Below are positions 52,201 through 64,000 of a stretch of DNA of 64,000 nt, piece by piece (within the stretch, counting starts at the first letter, position 1; each line of letters opens with the position of its first letter). The DNA comes from Paraglomus brasilianum (lineage: Eukaryota), in the NCBI GenBank assembly GCA_910592345.1, contig CAJVPI010000052.1, positions 1 to 64,000 on the forward strand. The letters are read 5' to 3'. Below the pieces are notes generated by a model. It worked only from the letters and a program-made list of their open reading frames with translations, had not been told where the DNA came from and ran no database searches. The translations under genes and the position numbers were made by a program.

Positions 52201-52732
52201 ATGGTACGTGCGAAGTGCATGTGAGTAATCTTGTAGCTTCTAAAGTCCAGGCTGAAGTTGTACTCCTCCCTCTGACTGACACATTAGGGACAACCTAGCT
52301 TTGATATGTTATCGAGCAATCTCTAGTTTTATCGAATGCTAATCAACAACATGCATACTTCAACATAGCTATTCTACTCCTTCTTCAAGACACTCGTTGG
52401 GCAGGTCGTGACGGTAGAACTTAAGAACGACCTTGCTATTACCGGGGCCCTAGTGTCAGTAGATCAGTTTTTAAACATAAAATTGGACAACATTCGCGTC
52501 GTCGACCAGCAAAAGTATCCTCATATGGTAGGAGAATAGGAATTATTTCATTACTCTTGAAAACGGCTAATCTCTTGTTTGCATTCTGTAGATGGCAGTG
52601 AAGAATTGTTTTATAAGAGGATCAGTAGTTCGCTACGTTCAGTTACCTGCGAATGCAGTAGATACGGCGTTGTTGCAAGATGCTGCTCGGCGAGAAGCAC
52701 AGCAACCTACGCCTGCACCACGTATGAAATAA
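52201..52732 (+). CDS. LSM2: U6 snRNA-associated Sm-like protein LSm2
   Basis: ATG-only exon at 52201-52203, intron 52204-52368, then LFYSFFKTLVGQVVTVELKNDL...SVDQFLNIKL...KYPHM|MAVKNCFIRGSVVRYVQLP. Confidence 0.95.
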
Positions 52733-52917
52733 GCCCTTAGTGTGTGATATATGGATAATAAAGCATGAGTTTGACTTTTTGTCATAATAAATTCTGGAAA
52801 TGATAACAGTTTATTGTGGGTTTGGTATCGAAACTCTAAAAGTTCCGAGATTGATTCTCGATTAAAGCATATAATATCTTAGTTGTTAATGTCGACTATG
52901 GAGGGGATTTTTAATAA

Positions 52918-53973
52918 CTACAGTTTTGCCTGTGAACTTCGATCAACACCAAGTTCTAACAGTTTTCCAAACGCTGATGCAAAATCGTTGAAGAAAGCTT
53001 GTTTGTCTTTGGCGTATATGTCAACGATTTCTCTAAACTTGGGATCCTTAATGAGAGCTAAATCAGCAGGAAGCATCATGAGCTCATCACCATCGTCTTT
53101 GTATTGCGTTTGGCCATTCACCGCCTTGGGCGTCCAATTCTGTTTGACAAGTTGAACGAAACTATTAATAGATTGACAGTGAGTTTCTGTATCATCAGAG
53201 ATTATTGTCTTTGCGCAAATTGCGGGATACGTACAACTGGTTAGAGAAGCGTGTAGGCGTATAAGTCCAAGGTCCCACAAACCCCGAACGATCCGCGTGA
53301 CAGCGACCAATTGTGTGCGCTCCAATTAAAGCTACGATCTCTCTAGTAGCATATAAAATAATAGGTAAGGAAAATCTATAACCAAAACTTCATCACAGTA
53401 TGACAGATATAATTGAATTACCGATCATTGAACCCCATTCGATAAAAGATGTCACGTATATGTTGTTCGCCTTGAGCGGCGTCGGGAAGACGACCATTTG
53501 GCGGACAACTGCTCTCGGCTGTCTTGTCACTACGTCCTGGTTTCCAAAGGACAATGGGACCGTCCATGGATTCAATTGCGACGACTCCTGCCAGTGTCCA
53601 TAAATCGGCATCTGCACAAGATCATCTCCATATCATTAAAGCAACTAGCAATTCCTAAACCACTACCACTCCATCTCACAATGCCCAAATCTGTATGTAA
53701 CCTACAGCTTATCCAAGGATGTTTCTGCTTAATCGGTTCTAAGAAAGCCCTCGCTTTGTCTAACCCAGCGTTAGCAGGATCATTCGCTTCCATGGCGAAT
53801 CTCATTGTTGCTCCATCACTGCCGCCTGTCTTTGAATGTACATCGTAAGTTCCTGAAGCGTGCCAAGCCAATCTCACTAATACTGGCCCTGCTGAGCCAT
53901 CATCATAGCCTGGTTGAGGAAGAATCTTTTTAATGTCTTCGCGAACAGCAGCGTAGTCTCCCACGTTTGACAT
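52918..53973 (-). CDS. Class I heme peroxidase (cytochrome c peroxidase family), C-terminal AKL
   Basis: [83 protein letters not shown]. Confidence 0.93.
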
Positions 53974-55140
53974 GGAGAAAGGAAATGTGTTTGTAGACAA
54001 GGGATCGAAATTAGTAGTACACGAACACGGGTTTGTGCTCAATGAGGGTGTGATAACAATGGTAACGGTCGGACAATATGATCTCGTGCATTACCAATTG
54101 CGTGTTTTTTCCCATGAGTTATAAATAAGAACATTTACATTCTCCGCAAATAATACTGAAATAAGAAGCGGGTAACTCCGCAGTAACACGTGATATACTG
54201 TAACCCGAGTATGAACATACCAAATATAAATGAACTTGAAGTAAGTTAAATGTTCATGATTAGGAGAGAAGAAAATCAAAATTGAGCTGCTCGTTCATAA
54301 TAGTAATTTTCCCTGACAAGCATAAAGGGAGAGTGGATTGAAAATGAATGCATTGCTGAAAATTAAGAGACCCCTGAAGCTTACTGCATGCCCCATTTAT
54401 CTCAATGCTTATTTATTATAATAATAGAGCAGAAAAATTCTATAAAATTACGAAAAGACTTTGTTGTTTATTATTAAGAACCCGCTTGGTAATTACAGCA
54501 AAGTTGGCTATTTACTGTACTATTCTGTTATGTTTGGTCGCGCTGAGAGAGCTTTTTGATCGGGGAATGTTAACGTGTCCGCTTCAATTAAGGCGGTGGT
54601 TAATGTCGAAGGTGGCTACTTACTTATATATTCCCAATCGCCGGAATATATATTAGCCCCAAAGTTTAATTAGACTATGCTGAACACTCGACTTTATTGT
54701 TAGTGCTCCCATTCTAGTATAATATATTTTCATTAATATTAAATACCGATTATATGTTGACCAAATTCATCATTTCTAGTAGAAAGCATTGGAATAAACA
54801 CTGATTACATAAATAGCGCGTCGCGAACGTGGGATAATCGCGTTCTGAACCTGATCACCTTTAATTTGAGACATTCGCATTCTATTGGCTGATAGTTGAT
54901 TATATATTCGATTTTCTATTTGTGAAATGAAATCAGCAACATGTGAAATGATCCTCGCCAAGTTCCGACCGACTTTTGAAGTAACAATATTTGAATATCG
55001 CATGGCACAGTTATTATTAGCTACGTAGCTTGTATTTTATCAGATCTACAGTAGCGAATGTCGTCCTCATCTATGCTGGAATGAGCAACTCAAAGAAACA
55101 TAAAAAACATAGAAAACGACAGAAGCGATCTCGCTCTAAT

Positions 55141-56564
55141 ATGTCTATTCCAAAACTTAGAGCAGCTATTATCACTGGAGCAAATAGGTATTTATATTAC
55201 ACCGATCCCTCATTCAAGTTTCTAACTGACCAGCTTTTTTGGCCAAACAGCGGTGTTGGTTTCGGTATTGCGCAGAGATTGCTTGATCACTCTGGGCGAA
55301 ATCCTGACGAGCCTATTCGGATTATACTTGCTTGTCGGAACAAAGGAAGAGCAATACAAGCTCGCGATACTTTGTTAAAAGAGTATCCAAATGGGGATGT
55401 TGTGATAGCTCTCGTTGACACCAGCTCTGTGAGATCTGTATTTGAATTTTGCAACGAAATCAAGAAAAAGTGAGAAGATATAATGAATAACCGTTGCTTC
55501 CTGCATAAAGATTATATGTTACTTGAATGCTAATTGATGTGGGTTTTTTTAGATATAAGAAACTCGATTTCTTATTTTGTAATGCTGGTGTTCTTTCTTG
55601 TGACTACATTGACTGGAGTATCGTTGCCAAACAAGTATTATTCGATCAGATAACTTTAATGACCGAAACTCAGTGTGTCGTGCAACCAGTTGGAAAGTTA
55701 ACAAGCGAAGAGATTGGGGAAACATTTGCGACTAATTTATTTGGTCATTATGTCATGGTATGTGAATGAAGTTTCACGGAAAAGGTGTATTTAGAAACTA
55801 ATGGACGGTTTTTATAGATACGCGAGCTTGTTGATTTACTAGCAGTTTCTGGTGAGAGCAAAGTAATCTGGACCAGTTCTCTTACAGCCAGACGTAGTGA
55901 TTATGATCCTAAAGACTTTCAAGGATGTCAAAGGTTTGGCATCATCTCAATCAACTTGATTTTGCAAAAAAAAAAACAACAAAAAACGCGTTTACCGATT
56001 TTTATTATGTCTGAAAGCAAATGTCCCTATGAAAGCTCAAAGTATGCTATTGATGTAATCGCTGTCGCGATGAATGATTTTCTTAATCGACGGAATATAA
56101 AAAGCTTTGTTACACATCCTGGCGTCGTTGCCTCGAATATTGCTAGAAGTCATATGCCATGGATAATGGGAAAGATCATGGAGAATTTGTTCTATGTGGT
56201 AAGTTAACTGAAATACCGATAATTTAATAATTTTGGAGATGTGTCTCTTCGGGTGATATTATTCTCATCCGTTCTTTCATACTCGCAATAGGCACATGTA
56301 GTTGGTCTGAGTATGACAACTGGTACCGGTTGGAATGGATCTTACGCTAATTATTATGTTGCCGTAACGCCTTTCGATGAACTTGACATCTCTGTAAAAT
56401 ATGGGAGTTTTATTAAACCATGGGGTACAGTATACGTTCGCAAGGATGATATCGATAAATACGATGAAGGTGAAGCGAAATCGCTTTTGGGGAAGCTAAA
56501 TGATCTTTTTGAGCGGTTTCAAAAAAAAAAACACTATAATACAAAACGGTTCTATGTTGATTAA
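55141..56564 (+). CDS. ERG27: 3-keto-steroid reductase (SDR; ERG27/HSD17B7 family)
   Basis: IITGAN|SGVGFGIAQRLL, IILACRN, LDFLFCNAG, GETFATNLFGHY, VIWTSS, PYESSKY, THPGVVASNI. Confidence 0.88.
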
Positions 56565-57306
56565 TCGTAATTGGATGCATTAGTGGCTTATCCGTTGAAT
56601 GCAGGCATGATATTTCGTTAAACTTTTCTTTTTGAACAAACTATTTTCATTAATTATATCATTACAAGAAAAAGTCGTCGTGTTAGTTGCCGCAATCTCT
56701 ATTTAATAGAATCTGTACCAATGTATAAGACGATATGTGCATAATTAGTAATGTTCACCACAAATTCTATTAAAATATCATATTTAAATGATGATCCTGA
56801 AGCATCAGATTGGTTTTCGCGTCTCACCTCTGTGTTACGAAAGTAGTTTACTCGGATTCGATTATTCTTCAAGTATTATTCACGTACAGGAAAACAGACT
56901 TTTCGTTTATGTATTCCTTAATTCATCGAAATCTTTGATGATCTGGGAAGTGTTCAATCCAAAATTAGCATACTCAATACACATATATAATCCTTTGGAC
57001 AGAATGTTATATGAAGGATTCATTGTACTTGTTACGTTTTAGGTAATTCAATTGGTCAACCTTAACAGAATCCGGTAAGTGAAATTCCCCTGAAATCTTG
57101 TATTAGTATTAGTTGGGCATATTGATCGGGTAAAGGGTATTTCGAAGCAATCCAGAATAATAAGAAATAACTTGGTAGTTCAATATTGCTTAATTTTCGC
57201 TCATTATCAATCCGATCTCACCCGCATCGGAACAACCAATTTTTCACACACCATTCACATAAAGAACGCGCCGCAGCAATTATTCGTTTATCCTCAAGCA
57301 AAGATA

Positions 57307-59865
57307 ATGACAGACTCTGACGTCGAAGAAGAAGAACTCTACTTGAGCTGGGCATTGCTTATACTGACTACTTTACTTATTGGTGCACTATGGACGAGTT
57401 ATTATTTACAGATCAGGAGAATAAGAGCCGTTCACGAGACTGTGGTTTCGATTTTTGCTGGTTCGTTTCTCAAATAGACTGTTATTTGGTGAGAGAATTG
57501 ATATCTTGTGACAAAAGACTTACGAATTATTTTGACGATACAGGGATGTTTGTGGGGCTAATAATTCGAGTTTCGCCTGGGTTTATAATTCAGAATATGG
57601 TTACTTTTAAGCCTGCATATTTCTTCAACTTGCTATTACCTCCGATCATATTAAACTCGGGATATGAGCTTAAACAGGTAGGAATTATTCTTTTATTTGT
57701 CAAGCAAACGTTTCTCATATTTTCTCTAATCGAGGTTCTACGAATTTTACTAGTCCAATTTCTTTAGGAACTTTGGCACTATCCTCATTTTTGCCTTCTT
57801 TGGAACCATCATATCCGCCTTGGTGCTTGGGTTAGTTTTTGTTGTTTTATTTTTCTTTCTTTTGCGCTTTTACGCATGTGATCGCTGGTAGTGCTGTTCA
57901 AATTAATCATTACGCGTGTTCGTATTGAGTAGATTACTCGTCGGATTCTTGGGCTTATTGGGAATTGTGTCCATATCATTTTTGGAAGCAATGATATTTG
58001 GTTCAATTCTTTCGGCAACTGACGCGGTCACTGTTCTTGCAATATTCCAAACACTTAAAGTTGATCCTAAGTTGTATTCAATTATATTTGGCGAGAGCAT
58101 ACTTAACGATGCTGTTGCCATCGTTTTATACGAGTAAGTACCATTCTGAATGTGTATGTATGTATTTATGGTATTGCTGTTGTTGCACCTACATTTTTGG
58201 ATATTTCAAATTCTGTTATAGAACATTGAAACAATTCCATGGTCAAGATTTACATTTATCCAACATAGCGCGTGGTATCGGAGTGTTCTGTGGCGTGTTT
58301 ACTGCATCCTGGATCATTGGTGTTGGTGCTGGACTTCTCTGTGCTTTGATATCCTTTACTATGCCGCATGTTTTACAACTGTGCAAATATTAACATATAA
58401 ATAACCAACTCTTTTCATGATGGGGTTGTCCAGTCTTGGTTTAAACTTAACTCATTCATCGCACATGTTAAAGCATTCAGGTCTTTATCGATTTCCGTCT
58501 ATCGAGTCATGTTTGATAAGCTTAATAGCTTACAGCTCTTACCTCTTTTCAAATGCTTGTCAGATATCAGGTTAGTTTGTTGTTTTTTTTATGGCATTCA
58601 TCTATTCGGTCGTTTATCGACGGGTTACTTACTCCTTATGTGTATAATAGGCATTGTCTCGCTTTTATTTTGTGGAATAACGTTGAAGCACTACGCCTAT
58701 AACAATATGTCATTACAAACTAAGAGAACTACAAAATATATGTTTCACGTGTTGGCGCAGTTATCGGAAAACTTCATCTTTGTATATTTGGGTATTACTC
58801 TATTTACCGCCACTGATCTCGATTATCATCCCTTATTCATATTGTTCACATCTGTAAGTATATTAATTTGAGAAGGTTACATAGTTGCCAAACTATGAAG
58901 TTCTGTTGTTATGTTGTTGCCTTTATGATATTGTTGCCTTTACTGATCGCGCCAATTCTCGGTTTTAGGTGTTCATCTGTGTCTCCAGATATTGCTCAGT
59001 ATTTTCAATATCCAAATTGCTGAATACGATGGCAGCATATAGGGGCCAGGAAGAACGGCTGACTCGATCGCATCAAGTGATGTTGTTCTGGGCAGGATTG
59101 CGTGGTGCAGTAGCCTTTGCTCTGACAGCGGGATTGACTGGTCCACATGTGCCTGCAATACGTACAACCATTCTAGTGGTAGTTGTGCTGAGTGTTATAA
59201 TATTTGGAGGGATGACTAGTCGAATGTTGGAAATACTGAAAATAAGTGTTGGAGTAGAAGAAGACGAAAGCAGCGGAGACAGCGAGGATGACGACAGATT
59301 TGACAGGGGTAACTTTCGAGAAAGACACAGGGACGATTTTTCTTATAGGACGGAAAGATTCTATGAGCATCACCAACATTCTCATTCACAGAATTCAATT
59401 ATTTCAATAGAGAGTAATTCAAACGATGAATTATTGCCGGCTCACCAATCACCTACTACGGCTGCCACGGCCGCTGACAAAACCCACTGGTTTATGTCTT
59501 TTGATGATCGATTTCTCAAACCTATATTCTGTCGATCCAGCAGAGTGAACAATTCTCCATCCCGGGAACGATGGAGAAACGAAAATTTAAGAAGGCAAGA
59601 TGCCGAGCCGGACAATTTTGTTGGAACGATTAATTCATCACGATCGTCAGTTTCTCCACCGAATAGAATGGATAGTAATAGAACCCCCGTGTCAAAACGT
59701 GAGAACAATACTCATCGTAGCACGTTTAGCGTAGACCAGAATGTTCAATTAGAGGATCTAAATCTGGATTCCAATAGTCCAGGCGTCATTCGGAGTTTTA
59801 TCGATTCAAACATAGAATCGGACAACAGTGTTGAAGAACAATCTTTATTGGATTTATCTAAATGA
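57307..59865 (+). CDS. NHX1: Endosomal Na+/H+ exchanger
   Basis: [103 protein letters not shown]. Confidence 0.95.
58349..58464 (+). other. U12-type AT-AC intron (116 nt) in NHX1
   Basis: 5' ATATCCTTT, branch site CTTAAC ending 13 nt before the 3' end, terminal AC. Removal gives the in-frame conserved [23 protein letters not shown]. Confidence 0.92.
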
Positions 59866-61105
59866 GAAAAACTAGAGAAATGAATATTTTATGGAATGGA
59901 CTTTAAGCCGGATGGCAATTGTAATGATTGTAGCATGAGACATGGCTACGTGTATCTATTTTATGTTTCAATGTTTCAATAATATCATAATTGTATCCGA
60001 AAACAAATAAACAAATGGATTCCTTCCCCTTGCTTGTAAACATATCTTCATATCCTTCGTCATTTGCGTAGTAAGATTGTTTCTGTCTGTAGTCTCCTCG
60101 GTGATAAGTGCAAGCTGATGCTCGCAATTGAATTGTCAGTAGTCTTGCGACAGTCTTTAACGTTAATTCAAGAATAGGATAGCAGGGTGGTATTGAATGC
60201 TGAGTAGACAGTTTACAAAAACCCCCAAGCTTTGTGATTGGTGAAACACTCGGATGGATAAAACTACGGTTACTAGTATAACGAGAAGAGAAAAATGTAT
60301 ATCACCACGGTTGTTATGGATCTCTTGTCTGCTAGGCCTTTATGGTAACAATATCGTGCATTAGTCAGTAAATTTGAATATTAAAGGCAATAATGTACAA
60401 TTGACTACGTTTCTAAACCATATACATAAGGATAATCTTATTTCTGAGTGAAAATGAGCCGTAGAAATTTCAGCTGAAAGCACTCAGATTCCTACTTTCA
60501 TACTAGTTCGGCATGCCAGGATAAAATTTGTGACCCTATGGTGTTATGTAACATGTGATAAATAAAGGCACCACAATATTCTTGTCAGAAGTACCAGGGA
60601 CTTCTACCTTGAAAGAAAAAAGGATCAAAGGTCTTATACGTGTCCAAGATATTAGGAAGTAGAATCATATCAGCATCATCCCGGAAACCCAAAGAACAAG
60701 AAGCTTAAAATTATGAATGTTTCCGGAAAGAAGAAGCTAACCTCATGGCTAGCCAAAATACTGGATACAACCTTTCTGATTTCAACGGACGAATAAGCCG
60801 GAATTAGAAGGTCGCGACCGAATCCTAACACCCGATGACACGTACATAACATTTCATATAATGTGGTGATATTTACACTGTTTCATCATTAAGATAAATA
60901 GAATTATTTATCATTGTATGGAAATGGCACTTGTGATCTTAAATTTAATAATACATGTATATATAAAACCAGTGTATGCTGCTTCATACTGTCCATAATA
61001 ACGTTCTCGACAATGAGTTCAGCGCTTAACGGTAATTGGCGACTCGTGCAGTAGCTTTGCTGGCTTTGAGACGAATGCTTGTGTGGTGATACCACTTTCG
61101 AGTGA

Positions 61106-62214
61106 TTAAGCAAATTCTTGAGCCTTTCCGATCTAAACAAATCAATAATAAATTACTATCGATGTACTGTAACGGTTTTTGAAAAGCATCATTTTCGTTT
61201 GCCTCCTTGTTAACCGTTTAGTGTAATAAGCTTCTTTTGTTTTTTATGTGATCCCATATGAAATTGCTTGTGTTAAGAATTATATTCACTTACCATCAAT
61301 AACCCAACGATCAATCCGAATAAGCCTAAGACACTTCCAAAGATTTCCACAACCAAAATCTTTACAAATAGAGCTGCATCCTGAGCATCAGCCAATGCAG
61401 CCGAAGAACCAGTGATACCCACAGCAATACCACAGAATAAGTTGCAGAATCCGACAGTTACTCCTGCCCAAAATAATGAATACCCTGTTTCGCAAGATCG
61501 TCATTAATAAACTGTTTTAAAATCGTAAACAACATAAGCTGTCAACAAGTAATGTACCAGTAAATCGATTTGAAACGCGATCAAGTTCAGCATCCGTTAT
61601 ATACTGCAGCTTGGCAGAAAACACTATCGCCATAATGACACCATAAATTGCCACCACTTCACAAAAAATGATGCTGTTTCGATTAGATATAAATAAGAAC
61701 GAAAAAGATCAGTTGGTAACCATTACATTGTAAATGATATAACCACTATCATTTGATCTTCAATATAATACCGCTCACCTGATGAGATTTTTCGTCCTGA
61801 TACGTGGAGCCTTGACGGCTGCACCAAGAATACTTGACCCCGTGATAAATATTCCCCTGTGGATGACAATCCGGAATGAGTGTTAACAATTTAATCACCA
61901 TTGAATAAATTGTTGGCTCGTTACGCTTTTAATATCTTAACGTCACGAATAGAATCGTAATTATGCAATTTTGATACTCTTTAATATTCACATAATTTAG
62001 TTCTTTGCCACATCTCTATTCGCACTCACCAGCCAGCTCCAACAACGCTAAGCCCAATCGCAATCGCTATGCCTGTCAAAGCCCACCAGTATGGGCTTAT
62101 CAAGTCGAACCATAAGCCTACGCGCAGGTTACCCGTTATCAGCAATATAAAGAAAATTATTACAAATATTGTAATAAATGATGAAAGTGTATATCTCAAA
62201 CAACTGACTACCAT
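61106..62214 (-). CDS. VMA16: V-ATPase proteolipid subunit c''
   Basis: [56 protein letters not shown]...[34 protein letters not shown]. Confidence 0.95.
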
Positions 62215-62809
62215 TATGTTATTCAAATGTGGAGAGAGAAGTGCCGACCAACTCTCTAATTTACTGATTGCATATTATGATAATCGGTAACACGTCACGT
62301 GCCAATTATACATGCTATTTTGATAGTGACTCTTGTTACTTTTTTCCCTTCTCGTGTAGTGGGGGGAATATGCTTGATTGATCATAGTCTAGAGCGTAGT
62401 GTATGTAATACACAGTAGATATTATGGAGTCCACAATATATATTGCGTAGTTTCGTTCGATATAGCGGGGGATAACAAATAGAGAGAAGAAAGGAAAAAC
62501 CAGATGATATGGATCTCTCACAGTCTAGGGATAGAAGTAGCCAAGAAACTCCAACAAACGTGTTTCCTTGACTGGGGCAAAGTATGTGATTGATAAATAA
62601 TAATAAATCAAGGGACTTGGATTACTAGTTATAAAAAATAAATAGGAATAAATGATAGATGAGGAAGTGGTCAAGTTTGTAAGTGGCGAAGAAGCTCAAG
62701 AGCAGAGAAGAATGAAGAGTCAAAATCCTTGGCAAAATGATCTCTTGGGGGACTGATTTTGTAACTATGAAAATGTTGAACAGTTTAAAGCATCAAATTG
62801 TTCGAAAAC

Positions 62810-62852
62810 AACAGCAGTCTAGCAACAGCAGTCTAGCAACAGCAGTCTAGCA
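62810..62852. repeat. 14-bp tandem repeat x3
   Basis: AACAGCAGTCTAGC repeated three times. Confidence 0.9.
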
Positions 62853-63630
62853 TTATTAATACTTTCAAACCAATAAAATCGATTGATAAGTTGACGCTAA
62901 TTAATTAATCTGTTTAATTAACTTTAAGTTATTATTATGCTTGATCACTTTAATCGATTGACTTACACTATAAACGAGATATCCACAAAAACTGTTAATA
63001 TTATCATGTGATACACACCATAGCGAAGATTTTTTGTGTCCACTATGAAGAGGGTATTGTGTACATCACATTAATATGTCCCACCATCTAAACGTTGTAA
63101 ACGATGTTGCTATGCTATGGTGAATGGAATGCGCTCAACAAGAATGTATATAATTGAAAGGTTGCCGCTACTGATTAGGTAACGGAATACAAGTGAAGCA
63201 CCTGAATTGAAACAATCTGATAACGAGACAATAGAAATTGAAAGTTTTGTTAACAAAGCTTATCTGAAACACTTAAGGAATAATGATTATGGCTATTCTG
63301 GTTAAATATTGTTTAGCATTTCTATTGTCTGTTGGTTATAAAAGAATGCTTGAAATCTTGAATTTCATTTGAGAAATCGAATATCTCCAAACGATGAAAT
63401 TGATAGATAACTAATATCGAATATTTAAAACGAAAAAAATCAATATAAAAATAATTGTTTAAAAATTGACAAATCGAGTCGAGGAATCGAATATATACAA
63501 CGACAAAATCAATATATTAAAACTTTTAAATTTTGACGATCAATATCAAGTTAAATTTCTGATAAGAAAATTATTATAGGTACTCTCTCAAAAGAATATA
63601 CAAAGCGGTTTTTTAGACGTAAGGATATCC

Positions 63631-64000
63631 ATGATGAAACAACGTAAAGGACAAAAAGGTACTTTTTTTTAAAAAAAAAATTCATAGTTTTTTCTATATT
63701 CTTAACATTGTTTTATTTTTTCAGTTTCAAAGATTGAAGCTGGAGATCAGTACGAATATTCAATCCTTAAGTTATTAGTTGATAACAACATTGAATGTAA
63801 CGCAACTCGAACTAATTATCGTATTAATGGTAAATTTATACCGATTGGTGATGGTTGTATTGATTTATTTGGCAATTATAAAGGAATGAATTTTATAATG
63901 CAATTGAAATATAAATCAAATGGAAATGTTGATCCTGAAGAAATTCGTGGTTTTAATCACGCATTATTGAAACAAGCCGATGAAGTGCAAGGATTTTTTG
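63631..64000 (+). CDS. 3'-partial Mrr-like restriction-endonuclease-fold protein
   Basis: After a GT-AG intron ending at 63724: GDQYEYSILKLL...IGDGCIDLFGNYKGMNFIMQLKYK...VDPEEIRGF. The start is uncertain. Confidence 0.7.

Noticed and set aside
60450..60830. Possible transposase relic between NHX1 and VMA16
   Set aside because: Too degenerate; no diagnostic motif or TIR.

Overview
Eukaryotic nuclear DNA with short GT-AG introns and AT-rich intergenic regions, from an early-diverging fungus. It is most likely Mucoromycota/Glomeromycotina; this is inferred from the MATA-HMG, Crinkler-like ATPase-nuclease and Mrr-like families seen here. Recognisable genes are YTP1-like, CWC2, TOP3, ABD1, LSM2, a cytochrome c peroxidase-family gene, ERG27, NHX1, VMA16 and a damaged CENP-P. 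They are interleaved with decayed Tc1/pogo transposons, MITEs and lineage-expanded nuclease-fold genes. Main observations: (1) a full-length NELF-A-like gene, although NELF is absent from yeasts; (2) a clear AT-AC U12-type intron in NHX1 and a probable U12 GT-AG intron in CENP-P; (3) an unidentified, highly structured ~250-nt intergenic RNA-like element with a predicted pseudoknot at 35.3-35.5 kb; (4) a WG-repeat/zinc-knuckle candidate Argonaute-hook protein and a separate triple-dsRBD protein. Family assignments come from motifs recognised by eye; no searches were run, and exon boundaries are hand-derived.
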